From Macrostomum lignano (Eukaryota), in NCBI GenBank assembly GCA_002269645.1, contig NIVC01000146.1:124001-188000 (forward strand): a DNA stretch of 64,000 bases. The letters are read 5' to 3'. The notes under the pieces are model-generated. The model saw nothing but the letters and a program-made list of their open reading frames with translations, had not been told where the DNA came from and ran no database searches. Position 1 is the stretch's first letter. Every line of letters begins with the position of its first letter. A program made the translations under genes and the position numbers. Shown piece after piece: positions 39,696 through 51,929 of the stretch.

Positions 39696-39874
39696 GCCCG
39701 GGTGCGCAGGCGAAGGGCGGCTGCAGCTGCCGCGCCCGTGGCCGATTTGCCGCCGCCGCTGGCGCTGCCATTCGAGGCGACGAGATGAGCGATGCCGGCA
39801 GGGCAGCAGCTGCCCCTGAGGCCCCGGCAGCACAGCTTGATGGAGGAGCCGATGCGTACAAGACGGTCAAGGAG
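39644..39874 (-). CDS. Two-TM protein exon 3 (LLDRLVRIGSSIKLCCRGLRGSCCP...ELLMECRNPPTPV*)
   Basis: ctacag|CTC at 39874; TGA 39646-39644; phase 0, 231 nt. Confidence 0.75.
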   Translation of the reverse strand, partial: LLDRLVRIGSSIKLCCRGLRGSCCPAGIAHLVASNGSASGGGKSATGAAAAAALRLRTRAESNELLMECRNPPTPV

Positions 39875-39961
39875 CTGTAGGATTGAGAAGGCTCGATCTG
39901 ATCATCCGGGGTTTTGAATATGATTATGATTAGTTATAGTACTGAGCTATGCTCTCCTCAC

Positions 39962-40076
39962 CTGCCTTCTAGCCGGTTCCTTGCAGAAGTGATGCAGAGC
40001 GGCAGCTGTGAGCAGTCCGCTCCCGGCAATCAGCAGCAGCAGACCGCCGCGGCCCAGGGTGCTGCCCCAGACTCGA
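39962..40076 (-). CDS. Two-TM protein exon 2 (RVWGSTLGRGGLLLLIAGSGLLTAAALHHFCKEPARRQ; TM2)
   Basis: tttcccattatacag|T at 40076; CAG|gtgagg at 39961; 115 nt, phase 2-0; 87-nt intron to exon 3. Confidence 0.75.
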
Positions 40077-40287
40077 CTGTATAATGGGAAATGTTGGGTT
40101 TTTCATTTCTAACATCTTTTTTCTAGCGTTGAGTAGCTTTGGGTGACGGAGGGTTTTAGAAAAGACGAAAAACAGAGAATGCTGCTCACACCCGCTACTC
40201 ACATCTCTCTTAATCCCTCTACCTAATCTCACCTCTTCTCTCAGCTTAACCCTCTTTCCCTTTCAGCCCTTTCTCTCTTATTCATAT

Positions 40288-40428
40288 TTTCTATCCCCTC
40301 CCTGTCTGCCTCCCATCCACTCCCTGTCTGCCTCCCATCCCCTCCCTGTCTGCCTCCCATCCACTCCCTGTCTGCCTCCCATCCCCTCCCTGTCTGCCTC
40401 CCATCCTCTCCCTGTCTGCCTCCCATCC
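40288..40428. repeat. 22-bp minisatellite (CCTGTCTGCCTCCCATCCCCTC)
   Basis: About 6 copies. Confidence 0.9.
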
Positions 40429-40934
40429 CCTCTCTCTACTTTCCATCCCCTAAATGGCTCACGATGTCTCTAAATCTCTTTTCCTTCTCCGGCCTGCATC
40501 AGTTTTCTATCTTCATACACGTATATGTTAAAATGCTGTCAGACTATGGAATGCAGCTGCCCTCAAACCCTTTTTCTGATCATTTACTAAGCATTTTATG
40601 CTGTGGAGAGGCTAGCTGTGGGACTGGACTCAAATTTGCATATTCGCCCTCCTCTCCGACCAAGACAAATTTCGTCCATCCAAGCCGCGCTGTACATCTT
40701 GAGATGAAATTGAATTTCTCTGTGTATAGACTGCTCCAGTGCGCTCTCAATTTGCTGGGCAGAATTCTGACTGACTTCGTCCAGCCAGGATTTGCCCAGT
40801 GACCAGCCCCGTTTTTGTCAGGGATTCTCGAGGAAAATAAACAAAATTTTCCTGGTCTATAAAGCTTTTGGAATTCGATAGAATATGAATATATATATAA
40901 TTACTGTTTATACATTGATAATTTCTTTTCAGTA

Positions 40935-41206
40935 GGCGGGGTGGGGTTGGTCCTGTAAGGCTGTGCATGGAGTGGGGTGGGGTTGGTCCTGTAAGGCTGT
41001 GCATGGAGTGGGGTGGGGTTGGTCCTGTGTTGCTTGTGCATGGAGTGGGGGTTGGTCCTGTTGTGTTTGTGCATGGAGTGGGGTGGGGTTGGTCCTGTTG
41101 TGTTTGTGCATGGAGTGGGGGTTGGTCCTGTTGTGTTTGTGCATGGAGTGGGGTGGGGTTGGTCCTGTGTTGCTTGTGCATGGAGTGGGGTGGGGTTGGT
41201 CCTGTA
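40935..41206. repeat. 32-37-bp G-run minisatellite (GCATGGAGTGGGGTGGGGTTGGTCCTGT...)
   Basis: About 8 copies. Confidence 0.9.
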
Positions 41207-41232
41207 GGACTTTCACTTTGCACATGAATATA

Positions 41233-41617
41233 AAATAATGAAATATGAAATATGAAAAATGAATATGAAATATGAAACATGAATATGAAATATGAAACAT
41301 GAATATGAAATATGAAACATGAATATGAAATATGAAACATGAATATGAAATATGAAACATGAATATGAAATATGAAACATGAATATGAAATATGAAACAT
41401 GAATATGAAATATGAAACATGAATATGAAATATGAAACATGAATATGAAATATGAAACATGAATATGAAATATGAAACATGAATATGAAATATGAAACAT
41501 GAATATGAAATATGAAACATGAATATGAAATATGAAACATGAATATGAAATATGAAACATGAATATGAAATATGAAACATGAATATGAAATATGAAACAT
41601 GAATATGAAATATGAAT
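41233..41617. repeat. 20-bp AT-rich minisatellite (GAATATGAAATATGAAACAT)
   Basis: About 18 essentially perfect copies. Confidence 0.98.
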
Positions 41618-42212
41618 ATAAAATATGTATAAACGCTCGTACTCGTAAAATATCATACACTAGATTTGGATTCTGACTCTGCAGCAATTAAATTGGTTTC
41701 CATTTTCTCCCATGACTAAGTCTCCGCAGTGTGGGAGCGTGACAACACGCAGGTGTGGGATGGGGAGGCCAGACAAATGAGCGGAAAGCAAGCAGGGTGT
41801 GGAGCGCACGGCAAGGAAGTCATGCGCCCAGGTGCGTCAGCAGGCAGTTGAGTGTCGTCAGCTGAAGAGCTCGATTTTGCTTGCTTTTAATCGAGCTTTT
41901 TCCTGGCACGGCGGGCTAGCAAATTGCGGATTTTGTTCTCCAGCAAGTCCCCCAGCCTCCCAGGCCCCAGGCTGCAGCGAGTTCCTCCCTCATCATACGC
42001 GCGTCGATTTAAATTCGCGCCACAGGAAACCCGCGGATCCGCTGCTTCCGCTGCAGATTTTTCTGTTCGCGCGATTTGCGCCTCTGCACTCAATTGACGC
42101 CGTCACGCAATGCGAGCCACGGCTGGGGACCGCGGGACAGCGCCGCCCGTTTCAGGATTAAATTGGGCTCTGGGGCCCTGCTGTCGCTTTTCTCAGTAGG
42201 CTCCAATAGATG

Positions 42213-43240
42213 GTGAGAGGGAGACAGTGAGAGAGAGAGACAGTGAGAGGGAGATAGTGAGAGGGAGACAGTGAGAGAGAGAGACAGTGAGAGAGAGAGA
42301 TAGTGAGAGGGAGACAGTGAGAGGGAGACAGTGAGAGAGAGACAGTGAGAGGGAGATATAGTGAGAGGGAGACAGTGAGAGGGAGATAGTGAGAGGGAGA
42401 CAGTGAGAGAGAGAGACAGTGAGAGAGAGAGATAGTGAGAGGGAGACAGTGAGAGGGAGACAGTGAGAGGGAGACAGTGAGAGGGAGACAGTGAGAGGAA
42501 GACAGTGAGAGGGAGACAGTGAGATGGAGACAGTGAGGGGAGACAATGAGAGAGAGAGACAGTGAGAGAGAGACAGTAAGAGGGAGATATAATGAGAGGG
42601 AGACAGTGAGAGGGAGACAGTGAGAGGGAGATATAATGAGAGGGAGACAGTGAGAGAGAGACAGTGAGAGGGAGACAGTGAGAGGGAGACAGTGAGAGGA
42701 AGATAGTGAGAGAAAGACAGCGAGAGAGAGACAGTGAGAGGGAGATATAGTGAGAGGGAGACAGTGAGAGGGAGAAACTTAAAGGGAGAGACTGAGAGGG
42801 AGAGACTGAGAGGGAGAGACTGAGAGGGAGAGACTGAGAGGGAGAGACTGAGAGGGAGACACTTAGAGGGAGACACTGAGCGGGAGACAGTGAAGAGGGA
42901 GACAGTGAGAAGGAGACAGTGAGAGGGAGACAGTGAGAGGGAGACAGTGAGAGGGAGACACTGAGAGGGAGACAGTGAGAGGGAGACAGTGAGAGGGAGA
43001 CAGTGAGAGGGAGACAGTGAGAGGGAGTCAGTGAGAGGGAGACAGTGAGAGGGAGACAGTGAGAGGGAGACAGTGAGAGGGAGACAGTGAGAGGGAGACA
43101 GTGAGAGGGAGACAGTGAGAGGGAGACAGCGAGGGGAGACAGTGAGAGGGAGACAGTGAGAGGGAGACAGTGAAGAGGGAGACAGTGAAGAGGGAGACAG
43201 TGAGTGGGAGGCAGTGAGAGGACGACAGCGAGAGGGAGAG
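42213..43240. repeat. 14-bp minisatellite (GAGACAGTGAGAGG)
   Basis: About 70 copies with variants. Confidence 0.96.
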
Positions 43241-43304
43241 AGTGGGACCCCCTATCAATTAAGGCCCCGCGGGTCCCATGAATCAGCAGCCCCAGCAGCC
43301 TCAC

Positions 43305-43531
43305 GATGAGCTGTAGACAATGAAGGAGCAGATGATTAGCGTGAACCCCACCGACATGCCGAAGAAGCCGACTGCCGCCACGGTGCCGAAGACGGTGGGA
43401 GATCTGTACCGGGTGTACTGGCTGCCAGCCGTGTACTGCGGCAGCTGCTGCTGATGCTGCGGCGGCAGCGCGTCCGCATCCAGCTGGTAATCGGCGGGAT
43501 CGGCCTGGTACGGCACAGGCGTGAAAATCAT
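43305..43531 (-). CDS. Uncharacterised two-TM membrane protein, exon 1. Model join(complement 43531-43305, 40076-39962, 39874-39644) = 190 aa
   Basis: ATG 43531; strong C/G third-position bias; hydrophobic VFGTVAAVGFFGMSVGFTLIICSFIVY; TC|gtgagg phase-2 donor at 43304 joins the phase-2 acceptor at 40076. If unspliced, the ORF stops at 43301 (76 aa). Confidence 0.7.
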
Positions 43532-44199
43532 TGCCGACTGCTGGTGTACAATGCCCAGCCCTCCAGCTCAGTCTTCAGTTATATGTGCTCTGCCAGCTGG
43601 CCAGAGGCTTGCCGGTGTATGGTGGATGCGGGGACAGCCAATCGGGCTGGCTCCACTGCGAAAGTGCATGCAGTCCTTGCTACTTGGATTTCTGCTTGGA
43701 CCATCAGTTCGCAGTGCTGTTGGTTCCTCTTGTCTTGAGCTCGGCTGCTCGTGTTTAATCAATCTCTGAGCAGCGATGTGTAAGAGGGGGGGTTAGGGCG
43801 TCTCCCATTGATTTATAATCCATCCAATTGAACAGTTGAAATAGATGTATGGACAGAGATTAAGGAATGAAAGAAGAAAAAAATCTGTAGTACTCATGGG
43901 TGGCGCTTCGTAACAATTTTATAGGTTTTTCCAAGAATTACAAGAGACTACGCTCGTAAAAGCTGCATTAAAGTTAAAATTCGAAGTTGAGGAAGGAGAA
44001 AAGAAAAAAGAGAGAGGAAAGAGAGAAAGGGGGAGAGAGAAGAGAGGGCAGAGCTAGAACGGAGACGAGGGAGGAAGAAGTGGGAAAATTAAGAAAGAGA
44101 GAAAGAGTAAGGGAAATTTTAATTTAAGGGAAAATTAAGAAAGAGAGAAAGAGTTAGAGGAGACATAGAGGAAATAAAAGAGAGTGGGAAGAAGATAAG

Positions 44200-46078
44200 G
44201 AAAGAGGGATGCAGAGAAGGATGGAGGGAGGCAGGGAAGGAGAGAGGGAGGCAGAGAAGGAGAGAGGAAGGCAGAGAAGGAGAGAGGGAGGCAGAGAAGG
44301 AGAGAGGGAGGCAGAGAAGGAGAGAGGGAGGCAGAGAAGGAGAGAGGGAGGCAGAGAAGGAGAGAGGAAGGCAGAGAAGAAGAGAGGAAGGCAGAGAAGG
44401 AGAGAGGGAGGCAGAGAAGGAGAGAGGGAGGCAGAGAAGGAGAGAGGGAGGCAGAGAAGGAGAGAGGAAGGCAGAGAAGGAGAGAGGAAGGCAGAGAAGA
44501 AGAGAGGGAGGCAGAGAAGGAGAGAGGAAGGCAGAGAAGAAGAGAGGGAGGCAGAGAAGGAGAGAGGGAGGCAGAGAAGGAGAGAGGAAGGCAGAGAAGA
44601 AGAGAGGGAGGCAGAGAAGAAGAGAGGGAGGCAGAGAAGAAGAGAGGGAGGCAGAGAAGGAGAGAGGGAGGCAGAGAAGAAGAGAGGGAGGCAGAGAAGG
44701 AGAGAGGGAGGCAGAGAAGAAGAGAGGGAGGCAGAGAAGAAGAGAGGGAGGCAGAGAAGAAGAGAGGGAGGCAGAGAAGAAGAGAGGGAGGCAGAGAAGA
44801 AGAGAGGGCGGCAGAGAAGGATGGAGGGAGGCAGGGAAGGAGAGAGGGAGGCAGAGAATGATGGAGGGAGGCAGAGAAGAAGAGAGGGAGGCAGAGAAGG
44901 AGAGAGGGAGGCAGAGAAGGAGAGAGGGAGGCAGAGAAGGATGGAGGGAGGCAGAGAATGATGGAGGGAGGCAGAGAAGAAGAGAGGGAGGCAGAGAAGG
45001 AGAGAGGGAGGCAGAGAAGGAGAGAGGGAGGCAGAGAAGGATGGAGGGAGGCAGAGAAGGAGAGAGGGAGGCAGAGAATGATGGAGGGAGGCAGAGAAGA
45101 AGAGAGGGAGGCAGAGAAGGAGAGAGGGAGGCAGAGAAGGAGAGAGGGAGGCAGAGAAGGATGGAGGGAGGCAGAGAATGATGGAGGGAGGCAGAGAAGA
45201 AGAGAGGGAGGCAGAGAAGGAGAGAGGGAGGCAGAGAAGAAGAGAGGGAGGCAGAGAAGGAGAGAGGGAGGCAGAGAAGGAGAGAGGGAGGCAGAGAAGG
45301 ATGGAGGGAGGCAGAGAAGGAGAGAGGGAGGCAGAGAAGGAGAGAGGGAGGCAGAGAGGGAGGCAGAGAAGGATGGAGGGAGGCAGAGAAGAAGAGAGGG
45401 AGGCAGAGAAGGAGAGAGGGAGGCAGAGAAGGAGAGAGGGAGGCAGAGAAGGATGGAGGGAGGCAGGGAAGGAGAGAGGGAGGCAGAGAATGATGGAGGG
45501 AGGCAGAGAAGAAGAGAGGGAGGCAGAGAAGGAGAGAGGGAGGCAGAGAAGGAGAGAGGGAGGCAGAGAAGGATGGAGGGAGGCAGAGAATGATGGAGGG
45601 AGGCAGAGAAGAAGAGAGGGAGGCAGAGAAGGAGAGAGGGAGGCAGAGAGGGAGGCAGAGAAGGATGGAGGGAGGCAGAGAAGAAGAGAGGGAGGCAGAG
45701 AAGGAGAGAGGGAGGCAGAGAAGGAGAGAGGGAGGCAGAGAAGGATGGAGGGAGGCAGGGAAGGAGAGAGGGAGGCAGAGAATGATGGAGGGAGGCAGAG
45801 AAGAAGAGAGGGAGGCAGAGAAGGAGAGAGGGAGGCAGAGAAGGAGAGAGGGAGGCAGAGAGGGAGGCAGAGAAGGATGGAGGGAGGCAGAGAAGAAGAG
45901 AGGGAGGCAGAGAAGGAGAGAGGGAGGCAGAGAAGAAGAGAGGGAGGCAGAGAAGGATGGAGGGAGGCAGAGAAGGAGAGAGGGAGGCAGAGAGGGAGGC
46001 AGAGAAGGATGGAGGGAGGTAGAGAGGGAGGCAGAGAAGGATGGAGGGAGGTAGAGAGGGAGGCAGAGAAGCAGGGAG
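44200..46078. repeat. 20-bp purine-rich minisatellite (AGAGAGGGAGGCAGAGAAGG)
   Basis: About 95 copies; source of the 600-780 aa pseudo-ORFs. Confidence 0.98.
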
Positions 46079-46984
46079 AAGGAAAGACAGGGAAGACAAG
46101 AATTTCTCTGCTTCCGCATGCCCATGAAAAATGTGCGGCCAGTGCAGACAGCAGTCGCAAGTCACAGCTGGGGCGAACACAGCAGTGCAATGCGCGGGCA
46201 TCATCCATAATGTGACTAATAGATAACAGAGCGCTCTATGCTCGCTGTTCGGCCATTTGATCAATGCGGAATCTTGATAGTGCGAGTTAAGCTTCGACTG
46301 ACAGCCGTCCAGTTCTGCCCGAACAAAAAGCAGAGAAATCCTACAGCCAGAGGAGTGGGGAACATTCTTAGTGCGAAATTTCTGCTGGCAACAATAACAG
46401 AGGCCGGACCGAGGCCCGGTCTGCCTGCGGTTTCCTAGGCAACGGCATCGCTGAACCGGTGCTGCGCTGCGGTTCCGCATCCGCCTTATCGCAATCCGTC
46501 TGCCGCCAGCCCTTCTTTAGAATCCCTCCTTATCTGACTGGCGGCGATCCGAGGCCGTCCGTGCTCCCCCTCCCGTCGCTCCCCGCCCTTCTGTTCCCCT
46601 GTCTGCAAAACCAGCCGCACGGTTTTGCCGCAGACGCGTTGGGAAAAATTTGTGCGCCAGAAAACTCAAATACAGCAAAGCCAGCTTGTTGCCATCGGGA
46701 CCAGTTTAATTAATAACTGGCTTTTGGGCTTTGTTTATATCAGTCCGCAAAATTAAGTTCGATAAACCGCTTCGATGAAGTGCTGCAGGAAAATTCGATG
46801 CGTACTTGATCAAAGGGGCGCTTCTGTTTGTCCATTGGGTCGGATTTTGGGCGAAGAATCTTACAGAAAAATTTTACAACTAGTAGAACAAGGGGAACAT
46901 GTGAGGGAAACAGGGGTATTAGGGTAGAAATGAGAAGTTATGATAGGTGAGAGGGAGAGAGCAATCGGGGAGACGCAATTGATA

Positions 46985-47403
46985 TAGGGGAGAGAGTCAA
47001 GGGAGATAAGGAGAGAGTCAAGGGAGACAGGGGAGAGAGTCAAGGGAGACAGGGGAGAGAGTCAAGGGAGACAGGAGAGAGTCAGGGGAGATAGGGGAGA
47101 GAGTCAAGGGAGATAGGGGAGAGAGTCAAGGGAGACAGGGGAGAGAGTCAAGGGAGACAGGGGAGAGAGTCAAGGGAGACAGGGGAGAGAGTCAAGGGAG
47201 ATAGGGGAGAGAGTCAAGGGGAGAGGGGAGAGAGTCAAGGGAGATAGGGGAGAGAGTCAAGGGAGACAGGGGAGAGAGTCAAGGGAGATAGGGGAGAGAG
47301 TCAAGGGAGACAGGGGAGAGAGTCAAGGGAGATAGGGGAGAGAGTCAAGGGAGAGGGAGAGAGTCAAGGGAGATAGGGGAGAGAGTCAAGGGGAGAGGGG
47401 AGA
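46985..47403. repeat. 22-bp minisatellite (GGGGAGAGAGTCAAGGGAGATA)
   Basis: About 19 copies. Confidence 0.95.
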
Positions 47404-48234
47404 GACTGGCCTGTATAAAAAAGAAAAACTTGGAGAACTTTGAATCGAGCCGGTAGCGCAACGTCGCACTAATTGGGGCGGCAGCTGCGCTTCGCCGTTT
47501 TCTTCATCAGCTGTGATTTTCCTGAAGTTTTTTTTGTGGGCACTCCAGCTCGGCGATTCCCGCAACGAATTGCCCCCTTCTTTTTGCTTACGCATCCTGC
47601 TTTAAGGCAGAAGCAATAGATCACAGCCAGAAGCAGGCAAATCTTCTGCTTCTCCTGGCTCAGAACAAACCATCTGCATTCCCCCGGTCCGGTCCTCCAT
47701 GCCTCGCGCAGAAGAAGCCCCATCTTAGCTCTTTTCTCGTCCCACCCTCTCTCCCAAGTCTCTCTCGCGCAATCTCCCCCCCCTCGCTTTTTCTTCATTT
47801 CCCCTCTGTCAGCGGCGCGGCGCCCTGCCCGCTGACAGGATAATATCCCAGAGACTTAATTGGAGGGCGGGCCGTTGCTGCGCACCGCGAGGCCTCCGAC
47901 AAGAGAGGGAAAGTCTGGGAAAGTAGGGGCCGGGCGGGGGCGAGCATAAGCGAGAATTAGGGCCGTTGCGATGCCAAAGTTTGGGAAACTTCTTCCCAAT
48001 CCCGTTTGTCTCCCTGGCGAGGCGGGATGGCATTGGGAAAAAGAAGCTAGCAAAAAACTCTGTGGACCAGGCCAAAAGGCCTGTGGCAAATCGCAAGGGC
48101 GGCAGCACATCCCGCTGACCCCTGGGCACACAGGGTGTACAGCAGTCGCCAGGAGTGCACAAGCTGCAATTTTAATGTGGCCGCGACCGGATTCCATCGC
48201 TTTGACCAAGCAGAGGGACTCCTGCTCCGGCTCT

Positions 48235-49000
48235 CCCTTCTCTCCCTCTCACCCCTTACCCTATCTCCCTCTCACCTCTCCCCTATTTCCCTATAACCTC
48301 TCCCTTCTCTCAATATCATCTCTCCCCTATCTCCCTCTCACCTCTCCCTTCTCTCCCTCTCACCTCTCCCTTCTCTCCCTCTCACCTCTCCTTTCTCTCC
48401 CTATCATCTCTCCCCTATCTCCCTCTCACCTTTCCCTATCTCCCTACCATCTCTCCCCTATCTCCCTCTCACCTTTCCCTATCTCCCTATCATCTCTCCC
48501 CTATCTCCCTCTCACCTTACCCTATCTCCCTCTCACCTCTCCCTTCTCTCAATATCATCTCTCCCCTATCTCCCTCTCACCTCTCCCTTCTCTCCCTCTC
48601 ACCTCTCCCTTCTCTCCCTCTCACCTCTCCCTTCTCTCCCTCTCACCTCTCCCTTCTCTCAATATCATCTCTCCCCTATCTCCCTCTCACCTCTCCCTTC
48701 TCTCCCTCTCACCTCTCCCTTCTCTCCCTCTCACCTCTCCCTTCTCTCCCTCTCACCTCTCCCTTCTCTCCCTCTCACCTCTCCCTTCTCTCCCTTTCAC
48801 CTCTCCTCTAGCACCCCCTCACCTCTCCTCTCCCTTCTCTCAATATCATCTCCTCCCTATCTCCCTCTCACCTCTCCCCTATCTCCCTCTCACCTCTCCC
48901 TTCTCTCCCTATCATCTCTCCCCTATCTCCCTCTCACCTTTCCCTATCTCCCTATCATCTCTCCCCTATCTCCCTCTCACCTCTCCCCTATATTTCTTCT
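48235..49000. repeat. CT-rich low-complexity/minisatellite tract (TCTCCCTCTCACCTCTCCCT-like)
   Basis: Direct observation. Confidence 0.92.
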
Positions 49001-49661
49001 CACCTATGTTCTCTCTCATTTTTGTTTCAATCCGCCATGGTCGGTCAATCAACAGATGCCAGCCTGCCGTCTGTCGGCCTCTTCCTTTGAAGTGCAAGGC
49101 GATTAGGAGGGGGGCAAATTCGATTCCCCAATTACGCTTCTACCCAGAGTCTTCCAGAGGCACTTTTCATTGACTAAATGACTTGCTTCTCCCATCCACC
49201 AGCTTCTGCGGCATCCATCATCCGTCAGGGGCACTCAGTCGGTCACTCGGACCTGTCACTCGACCTGTCACTCGATCGGTCAGACCGTCTCGTTTTTCAA
49301 GTCATCTGTCCTCGCAAATTAACTTTTTTCTCCCCACTCTCTCCCTCCCTCACTCTCCGCTCGGCGGTCTCAGCTACCGAGTGCAATTTTTCCCCTGGGG
49401 GGGATTTTTGACTGATGAGGCTGAAACTTCTGTCGGACAGGCGGGCAAGGCGGGCTCTCTCAGAACTTTTGGCCAGCTAATTAAACCGACTCTGGCCGCG
49501 TCTCCTGAGGCTCTGGAGCGCCCAACACAGAGCTCTATGCTGCCATCCGATCCTTTGAGCTGGTGATTGAGCTCACACTCGAGCCTGCGCAGCGTGGCTT
49601 GCCAGTCTCCGTCTGTTTATACTCTCCCATCTGATTCTCGGTTGTTTCAAGTCTGCTGTTG

Positions 49662-51030
49662 GAGAGCGGAGAGAAGAGGGAAGGTAAGAAAGAGAGGCGA
49701 CAGGAGAGGAGAGAGAGAAGGAGAGGGAGAGAGGAGAGGGGAGAGAGAAGGAGAGGAGAGAGAGAAGGAGAGGAGAGAGAGAAGGAGAGGAGAGAGAGAA
49801 GGAGAGGAGAGAGAAGGAGAGGGGAGAGAGAAGGAGAGGAGAGAGAGAATGAGAGGAGAGAGAGGAGAGGGGAGAGAGAAAGAAAGGGGAGAGAGAAAGA
49901 AAGGGGAGAGGAAGGAGAGGGGAGAGAGAAGGAGAGGAGAGAGAGAAGGAGAGGGGAGAGAGAAGGAGAGGGGAGAGAGAAGGAGAGGGGAGAGAGAAGG
50001 AGAGGGGAGAGAGAAGGAGAGGAGAGAGAGAAGGAGAGGAGAGAGAGGAGAGGGGAGAGAGAAAGAAAGGGGAGAGAGAAAGAAAGGGGAGAGGAAGGAG
50101 AGGGGAGAGAGAAGGAGAGGGGAGAGAGAAGGAGAGGAGAGAGAGAAGGAGAGGAGAGAGAGGAGAGGGGAGAGGAAGGAGAGGGGAGAGAGAAGGAGAG
50201 GAGAGAGAGGAGAGGGGAGAGAGAAAGAAAGGGGAGAGAGAAAGAAAGGGGAGAGGAAGGAGAGGGGAGAGAGAAGGAGAGGAGAGAGAGAAGGAGAGGA
50301 GAGAGAGAAGGAGAGGGGAGAGAGAAGGAGAGGGGAGAGAGAAAGAAAGGGGAGAGAGAAAGAAAGGGGAGAGGAAGGAGAGGGGAGAGAGAAGGAGAGG
50401 AGAGAAAGGAGAGGGGAGAGAGAAAGAAAGGGGAGAGAGAAAGAAAGGGGAGAGGAAGGAGAGGGGAGAGAGAAGGAGAAGAGAGAGAGGAGAGGGGAGA
50501 GAGAAAGAAAGGGGAGAGAGAAAGAAAGGGGAGAGGAAGGAGAGGGGAGAGAGAAGGAGAGGAGAGAGAGAAGGAGAGGGGAGAGAGAAGGAGAGGGGAG
50601 AGAGAAGGAGAGGAGAGAGAGAAGGAGAGGAGAGAGAGAGGGGAGAGAGAAAGAGAGAAAGAGGGGAGAGGAAGAGAGGGAGAGAGAAGGAGAGGAGAGA
50701 GAGAAGGAGAGGAGAGAGAGAAGGAGAGGAGAGAGAGAAGGAGAGGAGAGAGAGAAGGAGAGGAGAGAGAGAAGGAGAGGAGAGAGAGAAGGAGAGGAGA
50801 TAGAGAAGAAGAGGGGAGAGGAGGAGACGGGAGAGGAGGAGAGGGAAGATAATGAGAGGGGAGAGGAGGAGAGGAGAGATGATGAGAGGAGAGATGAGGA
50901 GAGGAGAGATCAGGAGAGGAGAGATGAGGAGAGGAGAGATCAGGAGAGGAGAGATACGGAGAGGGAATATAAGGAGAGGGGAGATAAGGAGAGGAGAGAT
51001 AAGGAGATGGAAGATAGGGAGAGGGGAGAT
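49662..51030. repeat. GA-rich low-complexity/minisatellite tract (GAGAGAAGGAGAGGA-like)
   Basis: Almost pure purine on the plus strand. Confidence 0.95.
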
Positions 51031-51228
51031 AAATACGGAGAGAATTATATTTTACCAGTGTATCTGATAAAACATCTTTTTTAACTTTAGATCGCATAAC
51101 TAGCAATCTTCGCCCCCCGATGGGGGACATCTGGATAGAATCTTTGTTCTTTACAAGAACAAATAGACAGCGAAAAAAGCCTTCATAAAAAACAGCAGAC
51201 ATTCCCTCTAAAAAGAAAACATTCCAAG

Positions 51229-51487
51229 ACAGCAAGCATCCCCAGACAGCATGCAAGCATCCCCCAGATAGCAAGCATCCCGATAGCAAGCATCCCCCAA
51301 ATAGCAAGCATCCCCCAAATAGCAAGCATCCCCCAAATAGCAAGCATCCCCCAAATAGCAAGCATCCCCCAAATAGCAAGCATCCCCCAAATAGCAAGCA
51401 TCCCCCAAATAGCAAGCATCCCCCAAATAGCAAGCATCCCCCAAATAGCAAGCATCCCCCAAATAGCAAGCATCCCCCAAGTAGCAA
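51229..51487. repeat. 18-bp minisatellite (AGCAAGCATCCCCCAAAT)
   Basis: About 14 copies. Confidence 0.95.
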
Positions 51488-51765
51488 GTATAAAACTAAA
51501 GAAGCAAATGCAATAAAATGAAGGCGACTGAGTGCAAAAATACTTCCATATCAATGATTGAACATCGTGCTACTACAAGTAGGCTGCTTCGCACGAGAAC
51601 AAAAGCTAAACTGAGTATAAAATCATAATTTACTTGGTTTAATGAGTATTTCGTTGTATTTTTGTAGTTTGCCGTACAAACATTATTTTTGTGCATGGAA
51701 GTGCAGGCTGCATAGTCGGTTACCAGTATTTTGGTTGGATTGGGCGATGGTTAAACAAACCTAAT

Positions 51766-51889
51766 TCACTTATTGGGCAGCGGTACTCGATTCGATAGCT
51801 CGCCGCTGAGCTGAAAGAAGCTGAAGATGAGGCAGCTCTGCCCGCCAATGTCCATCAGCAGGCGGCTGGACTCCTGGCCGCAGATGCAG
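51766..51889 (-). CDS. LC8-like-domain protein, last exon ([40 protein letters not shown])
   Basis: gcactgcag|C at 51889 completes GG|C (phase 2); TGA 51768-51766; supplies the C-terminal beta strands expected of the LC8 fold. Confidence 0.7.
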
Positions 51890-51929
51890 CTGCAGTGCGC
51901 GGAGTTGTAACTTCACTAGACTGCACTCT

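Noticed and set aside
44119-46480. ORFs of 668-781 aa (and similar ones at 4601-5620, 9460-11095, 42090-43304, 49535-51487, 51935-53311, 62041-62984)
   Set aside because: They are translations of stop-free tandem repeats, open in several frames and on both strands at once, and they lie in introns or intergenic space
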